Source of the DNA: Thermoproteota archaeon
Lineage (GTDB): Archaea > Thermoproteota > Thermoprotei_A > Sulfolobales > Ignisphaeraceae
Reading direction: 5' to 3'
Length of the DNA stretch: 36,232 nt
NCBI GenBank assembly: GCA_030550585.1
Contig: JAUQPB010000003.1
Coordinates: 1 to 36,232, forward strand
The position numbers and the translations under genes are program-made. Positions 26,886 to 33,418 of this stretch are shown here, in pieces. Positions within the stretch are counted from its first letter, which is position 1. Every line of letters starts with the position of its first letter. A model generated the notes under the pieces. The model was not told the origin of the DNA, ran no database searches, and saw only the letters and a program-made list of their open reading frames with translations.

Positions 26886-27419
26886 TTATGTATAAACATC
26901 TCTGTTTATGAATGGTATTAGTGCTGTTATGACTGAGTAGTAGACCAGATCCTCTCTAAGGACAACACCTCTTGTCAACAGCTTTATGAAACCCCCCTTC
27001 TCCCCTATATCCCTAGTTCCATAGTGGTGATCGACAACCTCTTCAAGCTCTCTGAAAACGCCTTTCAATATCAATTCAACGAATTTCCTTGGTATTGGAA
27101 AAGCAGGGGACAGTCCATATGAGCTGCGACCCTCTCTATCGACTACATACGCTATTTGCACATCGTAAAAGTCTTCACCAAGCCTTATAAAGCCTGCTTC
27201 AACACCAACACCATAATCGCAACTGCTATGACACTTCAACGCCTTTTCACCCCTTATCCTAGCACCCTCCATAATAACATCTATCCCTATAGGCTGTGGC
27301 GGAAGACCTGTTTCAACAGCACAGCCCATAACATCAACCTCTTTAAAGAAGGCTTGAAAGGCTCTTTTAACGCCCTCAACCTTCGACGGGTTTTTACTAC
27401 CGATGCACACAAAAACCAT
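26886..27419 (-). CDS. yjjX: Inosine/xanthosine triphosphatase (YjjX family)
   Basis: GSKNPSKV, PPQPIG, GARIR, GVGVEAG, IGEKGGFI.LLT..R. Confidence 0.9.
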   Translation of the reverse strand: MVFVCIGSKNPSKVEGVKRAFQAFFKEVDVMGCAVETGLPPQPIGIDVIMEGARIRGEKALKCHSSCDYGVGVEAGFIRLGEDFYDVQIAYVVDREGRSSYGLSPAFPIPRKFVELILKGVFRELEEVVDHHYGTRDIGEKGGFIKLLTRGVVLREDLVYYSVITALIPFINRDVYT

Positions 27420-27523
27420 CTAGACCACCCACAGATGCCTACATCAATAGCGTTACCATGGTTCAACACAATAAGTTTTTCTACAGCCATATCTAAGGCT
27501 GACCAAGGTCAGATAATGTTAGA

Positions 27524-28396
27524 CTACTGTTTTTCATATACTCTCCCAGTCATTATAACAATTGCTGTCCCAGCTGTGGCAAGGGCTAGGGACACGATGT
27601 ATATGGGCTCTAAAGACTCTTTTAAGATGATTGTTGCTAGCGTTGTTGCTATTGCTGGCTCTGCTAAGGCTATTGATGTTACTGTCGAGCTTTTGTAGAA
27701 TTTTAGAAGGTGGTTCATTGTTGTGTGCCCACCTATCATGGGAACTACGGCTAGGGCTAATAGCCATGCCCAAGATTTCTGCAGATAAGCTAAAACATTG
27801 TCCTTGGCTATGAAGCTGTATACAAGTGTTGCTATGGATGCTGAAGCATATGTTGCTACAGAATATTCTTTTATCCCCATATATCTTCTTGAGGCCCTCC
27901 CCATGTAGAAGTATATGGCGGCAACTATAGATGCTGCAAAAGACTCTGCTACCCCTATGAAGCTATCTTTTACCGGGCTGTGCTGTGCATATGCAGCGAG
28001 TAGAACAACGCTCAAAAAGCTTGTTGCTATGCCCATAACCTCTAGATGAGTTGGCTTCTCACCTTTTGCAAACTCTATAATCGCTAGATGCACTGGATAT
28101 AGAACAACAATTGTTGTACTAACCGCCACAGAAACTCTAAATAGAGAGTCCATCCAGAGCACAAAATGTGCTGCAAGGGCAAAGCCAGCTATTAACGTGT
28201 TGATAAAATGCTTTCGCGGCATAGACCAAAGCACCTTTTCGCCTGTTGGCACAAGGGCGAGTATTGTAGCGGCTATTGCAAGTCTCCAAAAGGCACAGGC
28301 AATTGGCGATGCATTTGAGAGCCTGACAAGTATTGATGCAGAGCCTATGCTGGTCGCTGCAACTACAAAGAGTATGGCATGGACTGCTCTACCCAC
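27524..28396 (-). CDS. DMT/EamA family transporter
   Basis: AFWRL, AAHFVLWMDSL, SVAVST, IGGHT..N, LAEPAIA; about 10 TM. Confidence 0.88.
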   Translation of the reverse strand: MGRAVHAILFVVAATSIGSASILVRLSNASPIACAFWRLAIAATILALVPTGEKVLWSMPRKHFINTLIAGFALAAHFVLWMDSLFRVSVAVSTTIVVLYPVHLAIIEFAKGEKPTHLEVMGIATSFLSVVLLAAYAQHSPVKDSFIGVAESFAASIVAAIYFYMGRASRRYMGIKEYSVATYASASIATLVYSFIAKDNVLAYLQKSWAWLLALAVVPMIGGHTTMNHLLKFYKSSTVTSIALAEPAIATTLATIILKESLEPIYIVSLALATAGTAIVIMTGRVYEKQ

Positions 28397-28460
28397 TTAT
28401 GAAACACCAAAACATTTTTAGGTTTGCCACCCCAAGCTCTCAATATAAAGGCTTTTAGCC

Positions 28461-29060
28461 ATGGCGACGCTAGAGCCGTCGACAATAGCTTTGCTATCTA
28501 TCCAGCTATTCGCTATAATGGATCCCCTAGCAGCTATACCAACACTTCTAGACGTTATATCTACAGTGCCTCAAGAGGAGAGCAAGAGGCTTATTGACAA
28601 GGCTGCTCTAGCGATATTCATTCTGCTAAACATATTTGCAGTTGTTGGAGGATACATACTATCGCTATTCGGTATAAGCATACCAGCATTCAAAACAGCT
28701 GCAGGTGTAATACTAATGGCAACAGCTATAGACACTCTACTAACTGGACACAAACCTGAGAAGATAGATGTTGGAACATATATTATAGTGCCAATAGCAA
28801 CACCGCTCATAGTCGGGCCAGGGACTATGACACTTCTAATAACATCTGCAAGACTCTACGGAATCCCCAACACTTTGATAGCCTCGTACATAGCATTTGT
28901 AGCAACATATATAGTGCTCAGAGTCTCAAAAGAGATTGCTAGGCTTGTTGGAACAACTTTTATACATGGACTTGGAAGGTTCATGTCCATAATTATAGCC
29001 TCGTTTGCTGTTGAAATGGTTATGTCGGGAATCAATGAATACATAAAGTCGTTGGGATAA
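28461..29060 (+). CDS. marC: MarC family membrane protein
   Basis: LFAIMDPLAAIP, LFGISIPAFKTAAG, VPIATPLIVGPG, GRFMSII. Confidence 0.92.
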   Translation: MATLEPSTIALLSIQLFAIMDPLAAIPTLLDVISTVPQEESKRLIDKAALAIFILLNIFAVVGGYILSLFGISIPAFKTAAGVILMATAIDTLLTGHKPEKIDVGTYIIVPIATPLIVGPGTMTLLITSARLYGIPNTLIASYIAFVATYIVLRVSKEIARLVGTTFIHGLGRFMSIIIASFAVEMVMSGINEYIKSLG

Positions 29061-29083
29061 AGGTGATAGAAGCTCTATGGCGC

Positions 29084-29881
29084 TTACTCTATCGTAGTCT
29101 TCTCAAACATTCTCATAGCTATGACCATCAATGCTAGAGATGTTACCACAAGCAACAACGCTTCGACTTCTTGGGTTAGCCAAGGATACACCATATTCAG
29201 GAATGACACGCCAGTCAAGAAGTATCTGCATAGATCGACAGCGTATGTCAGTGGAGATACTAGTGCCAGTATCTGCATCCACTCTGGAGTCATGTTCAGT
29301 GGGAACATGGCTCCGCTTAGCAGGGTCATTGGCATTGTAATTGTTCCCACAATGAGCTGGAACCCCTCGGGGCTTCTCATCGTAGATGCTATCGCTATCC
29401 CCATTGACGTGAATCCAACTGCCATTACAAACCCTATTGCAAGAGCCATTGGAAGCCCAGCTGGGTTCAGCTTGGATGTTAGTGCAAAGCCAAATGCAAG
29501 CATTATCAAACCGTTCAGTAGAGAGACTATGGAGTCTCCTAATGCCCTTCCAAGAATTGTTAGAGATCTTGGTGCTGGGGCAACAAGAACCTCTTTCAGG
29601 AAGCCAAACTGCTTATCCCAAATAACTGAGATCCCGCCCATGAAACTTGCTTGGAATATTGACGTTGCGAAAGTTGCTGGCAGTAGAAATGCTAGATAGT
29701 CAAGCCCCTTGAAAAGCACTTGGAATTGCTGCCCTCTTAGAGTGTATGCCCAGCCAAGCCCGAAGAAGAGTAGCCAGAGAATATTGTTTATTATTACACC
29801 AGCTACTCTAGACTTTGCTCTAACAAACCTCTTTATCTGTCTGTAGGCCATTATGTATATAGACTCCAACATTTTCATCAC
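29084..29881 (-). CDS. ABC-2 (DrrB-like) exporter permease
   Basis: YLAFLLP, IWDKQFGFLKEVLVAP, LSGAMFP, PLTYAVD. Confidence 0.9.
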   Translation of the reverse strand: MMKMLESIYIMAYRQIKRFVRAKSRVAGVIINNILWLLFFGLGWAYTLRGQQFQVLFKGLDYLAFLLPATFATSIFQASFMGGISVIWDKQFGFLKEVLVAPAPRSLTILGRALGDSIVSLLNGLIMLAFGFALTSKLNPAGLPMALAIGFVMAVGFTSMGIAIASTMRSPEGFQLIVGTITMPMTLLSGAMFPLNMTPEWMQILALVSPLTYAVDLCRYFLTGVSFLNMVYPWLTQEVEALLLVVTSLALMVIAMRMFEKTTIE

Positions 29882-30870
29882 CTCATCCTCGCCCTATGCC
29901 TCATTCTAGCAACTTCAATAAAACTGCCCTCACTATCTCTTATCTCCCTGCCGGTCAAGTGTATAAATACGTCGTTTAGAGATGGTCTTCTATAGCTGAC
30001 TTCTGTAACCCTGATCTCGAGTCTGTCTAGATGTAGCAGAATTGCTGGTATGGCCTCAGATGCCTTCTTAACCTGTAGAGCTACTGTGCCACCCTCAACA
30101 ACTTTGCAACTATCTACACCTGCTATCGATAGCTTTGAGCATATATCTGGATCTGGCTTGGCAAGCTTTACATAGACAATATCCGAGCCAACCATCGATT
30201 TAAGCTCTTCTGCTGTTCCCAAGGCAATTATCTTTCCATGGTCTATAATAGCTATTCTATTGCAAAGCATCTCAGCCTCATCCATATAGTGTGTTGTTAG
30301 GAAAACTGTTGTCCCATACTCTCTGTTAAGCTTCCTTATGTAGTCCCATATGTGAACCCTTGTCTGCGGATCGAGACCTATTGTTGGCTCGTCTAGGAAT
30401 AGTATCCTAGGTGTGTGTAGCATTGCCCTAGCTATCTCCAGCCTCCTCCTCATACCACCAGAGTAGTTTCTCACAAGCCTGTCTCTGAAATCCCATAGCT
30501 CAACAAACTTCAGCGCCTCTTCAATCCTCTCTCTCAGACCCTGTCCATTCAGTCCATAGAGCCTCCCATGTATATATAGATTCTCATAGCCAGTAAGATT
30601 ATCGTCTAGAGATGGATCCTGGAAAACAATACCAATATTTCTTCTAACCATGTTAGGCTCTGAAACAACATCATAGCCAGCTACAAGAGCTTTTCCAGAT
30701 GTTGGTTTGAGTAGAGTTGATAGAATATGTATCGTTGTTGTCTTCCCAGCCCCATTCGGCCCTAGAAACCCAAATATCTCACCCTTTCTAACCTGGAAGC
30801 TTATCCCCCTAACTGCCTCAACAGATCCATACCTCTTAACAAGGTTTTCAACAACTATGTCAAACTCCAT
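29878..30870 (-). CDS. ABC exporter ATP-binding protein (DrrA-like)
   Basis: GPNGAGKTT, YSGGMRRR, LFLDEPTIGLD, TTHYMDEA, PSLNDVF. Confidence 0.93.
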   Translation of the reverse strand: MEFDIVVENLVKRYGSVEAVRGISFQVRKGEIFGFLGPNGAGKTTTIHILSTLLKPTSGKALVAGYDVVSEPNMVRRNIGIVFQDPSLDDNLTGYENLYIHGRLYGLNGQGLRERIEEALKFVELWDFRDRLVRNYSGGMRRRLEIARAMLHTPRILFLDEPTIGLDPQTRVHIWDYIRKLNREYGTTVFLTTHYMDEAEMLCNRIAIIDHGKIIALGTAEELKSMVGSDIVYVKLAKPDPDICSKLSIAGVDSCKVVEGGTVALQVKKASEAIPAILLHLDRLEIRVTEVSYRRPSLNDVFIHLTGREIRDSEGSFIEVARMRHRARMR

Positions 30871-30872
30871 GC

Positions 30873-31355
30873 CTATCCACCCCTAGACACTATCCTGTTT
30901 CTCAATTCGTCCAATTCCCTCACAAAACCCCTTACAATAATGCTTAGCTGCTCCAAATCATCTCTATTTGCATTTGGAAGAACCTCTACAAGCCTGAAGA
31001 TAGACTCTCGAAGCATGTGTCCACAGCAATCCTCGAAAATCTTTATCCCCCTAGAAAACCTCTTTATATACTCGACCCTACTCATATTGCTAGAGAGGAA
31101 TTTGGCACCCTCATCAGTAATTCTATATACCCTCAAAAGCTTCCTACCCCTCGCACCCTGTTCGGCGACCTCTATATAGCCCATGGAAACAAGCTTTCTT
31201 AGAGACGGGTATAGAATACCCGGGCTTTTGTGCATGTAGAACTCCTCTTTAATTCTCCTCATAATCTCATACCCATGAGCAGGCCCCTTGGAGAGAACAT
31301 AAAGTATTATGAGAGCTGTATTGAATTCGAATTCCTTTTGCGATGGTCTGAACAT
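30873..31355 (-). CDS. PadR family transcriptional regulator
   Basis: GPAHGYEIM, SPGILYPSL, RVYRITDEG. Start moved to ATG 31355. Confidence 0.9.
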   Translation of the reverse strand: MFRPSQKEFEFNTALIILYVLSKGPAHGYEIMRRIKEEFYMHKSPGILYPSLRKLVSMGYIEVAEQGARGRKLLRVYRITDEGAKFLSSNMSRVEYIKRFSRGIKIFEDCCGHMLRESIFRLVEVLPNANRDDLEQLSIIVRGFVRELDELRNRIVSRGG

Positions 31356-31363
31356 CAATATCA

Positions 31364-31389
31364 CTAGATGTATCTGCAGATATATCTGG
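31364..31389. promoter_or_regulatory. Imperfect palindrome CTAGATGTATCTGCAGATATATCTGG, candidate PadR operator
   Basis: 22 of 26 positions are symmetric; lies between a minus-strand TTTTTAA TATA and the padR start. Confidence 0.6.
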
Positions 31390-31487
31390 AGAAAGCTTAA
31401 AAACTTTACCACTGAAAAAAGGATTGGATACTGAACTAAACATTTAAGGCACCTATACAAAGCAACCTATTCTGAAACATCTCAGCT

Positions 31488-32066
31488 GTGGCGATTGAAG
31501 TGGAGAGGTCTCTGATACTGGTGATGTCTGATAGCCACATTCATGAAAGGGCTGATTGGTTTCCGAATGAGTTTGTGGAGCTGTTTAAGAATAGAAGATA
31601 TGATGTTGTTATCCATGCTGGCGATGTTGTTGATCAGGATGTGCTAGACTATGTGAAGAGCTTGGGGAAGAGGGCATATGTTGTCCAGGGAAACATGGAT
31701 TATCTTGATCTTCCAGAAGAGGAGATATTAGATGTTTTTGGGGTAAAGATTGGTGTTGTTCATGGGGATCAGGTTAGGCCAAGGGGTAATATAAGCGCCT
31801 TGACCATGATTGCTAAGAGCATGGGTGTATCAATACTTGTTTCAGGCCATACACACTCGCCCTTTATAACAGTTGACTCTGGCATTCTGCATGTAAACCC
31901 TGGCTCCGTCACCGGTGTGTGGGGTGGTGGTGGAGGCTCTTTCAAACCATCGTTTATAGAGATAGAGCTTTATAGAAACTGGGTAGCGAGGATAGTTTTG
32001 TACGAGATAGAGAGGGGGAGGATTGCAACAAGGGAGGAGACAGTCACAATCTATCCAGCGCAATAG
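31488..32066 (+). CDS. Metallophosphoesterase, YfcE/MJ0936/Vps29 family
   Basis: SDSH, HAGD, GNMD, HG, GHTH, NPGS. Confidence 0.92.
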   Translation: MAIEVERSLILVMSDSHIHERADWFPNEFVELFKNRRYDVVIHAGDVVDQDVLDYVKSLGKRAYVVQGNMDYLDLPEEEILDVFGVKIGVVHGDQVRPRGNISALTMIAKSMGVSILVSGHTHSPFITVDSGILHVNPGSVTGVWGGGGGSFKPSFIEIELYRNWVARIVLYEIERGRIATREETVTIYPAQ

Positions 32067-32130
32067 CGCTGAGCCAATGCTAGGTAACAAACTTTTATTC
32101 TGAGGCAAACCCACATTATAGCTGATTGCT

Positions 32131-33117
32131 ATGGAGTGGCCATACATACTAGCTGCAACAGCTCTGGTCACAGCACTGGCAACTGTTTTCTCCATATTTG
32201 CTGAGAAAAGGCTTGGAATTCTATGCACAGATGTCCACAAGGTTAGCAAGCCGAAGATACCTTGTATAGGTGGCTTCGGGGTTTTGGCTGGTCTTGTGAC
32301 AGGGTTTCTGCTTCTCTTCGCCAACGGCTATATAGATTCTGCCCAGCTAGAGACCCTTCTATCATCTGTTTTAATATCATTTGCAATTGGGTTGGCAGAT
32401 GATCTGCTAGACCTCAAATCAAGATGGAAAATAGTTCTAGGCCTTGCACCAGCCCTTCCAATACTGTTGCTACAAGCCTATTATCCAAGGCCTTGGATAC
32501 CCGTCGCAGGCTACATAAGGATATCGACTCTATACCCACTACTACTTCTAGCAGCATTCACAGTCTACCAGAATGGTGCAAACATGATAGATACCCACAA
32601 CGGCACACTACCAATATTCGTTCTATCAACACACATATTCGCACTAGCAACAAAGCTGCTGACAGGCTCAGATACAGAGTCTTGCCTCCCCCTACTAACA
32701 GTCATAGCAACAATACTAGCATATGCCATATTCAATGTGTACCCAGCCAAAATATTCAATGGAAATACAGGTGCATTCCTACTAGGCGTAACAATACCCC
32801 TAATGCTAGCCATGTACAGACTAGAGCTATATTATATAATGGCGTCTACCCCCATGTTCATAAACGGATTCTACTACATAGTATCAGTCAAAGGCTTCTT
32901 ACAAAAAGAAAGCGTGAAAAGACCAACACAACTAGACGAAAAAGGCTGCATACACGCATCAAAAGACCCATCAGCACCAATAACACTAGTAAGACTAGTA
33001 ACAGGCTTTGCCAAAAACGGACTAAACGAAAAAGAGCTTGTCACAGCACTATATACAATATTCATACTATCGTCACTAATATCAGCAACACTAACCATAG
33101 TCCTCGGCTACAGATAG
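32131..33117 (+). CDS. UDP-GlcNAc:dolichyl-phosphate GlcNAc-1-P transferase (MraY/GPT family, AglH-like)
   Basis: DVHK..PKIP..GG, GLADD, NGANMIDTHNG, FNVYPAKIFNGNTG, APITL. Confidence 0.85.
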   Translation: MEWPYILAATALVTALATVFSIFAEKRLGILCTDVHKVSKPKIPCIGGFGVLAGLVTGFLLLFANGYIDSAQLETLLSSVLISFAIGLADDLLDLKSRWKIVLGLAPALPILLLQAYYPRPWIPVAGYIRISTLYPLLLLAAFTVYQNGANMIDTHNGTLPIFVLSTHIFALATKLLTGSDTESCLPLLTVIATILAYAIFNVYPAKIFNGNTGAFLLGVTIPLMLAMYRLELYYIMASTPMFINGFYYIVSVKGFLQKESVKRPTQLDEKGCIHASKDPSAPITLVRLVTGFAKNGLNEKELVTALYTIFILSSLISATLTIVLGYR

Positions 33118-33119
33118 CC

Positions 33120-33418
33120 AAACCACAGTCCACCAAAGACCAAACCCACTACAAAATCATTCTAAGCTCTTTAAAACACCTTTACACACACCAATCAACT
33201 CTTTCTTGGTGTTTCAGTCTATTCTTAGTCGTCGGAACAAAAACATTCAATTCTTTTCATCCAACCATCGGAACAACTACATAAAGTCAACTCCTTTTCA
33301 TCGGAACACACATCGCATATACAATCGATGAGTCTATGGACTTTCTGATTAGAGTCAAAAAGCTTTTTAAGCGGGGCGGGAAAAGGTTTTTATAGAAAGT
33401 ATATAGGTGTGAATGCAA
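33120..33418 (+). promoter_or_regulatory. CRISPR leader with BRE/TATA
   Basis: Non-coding region abutting repeat 1; GAAAAGGTTTTTATA at about 33380-33394, roughly 25 nt before the first repeat; internal repeated motifs. Confidence 0.75.

Noticed and set aside
28461-33117. Genes next to the CRISPR leader as possible novel Cas/ancillary genes
   Set aside because: All are recognisable housekeeping families (MarC, ABC-2, PadR, YfcE, AglH-like) with no Cas, CARF or HEPN motifs.
32424-33284. 286-aa alternative-frame ORF
   Set aside because: Overlaps the AglH-like gene; its lack of stop codons is explained by the A/C skew.
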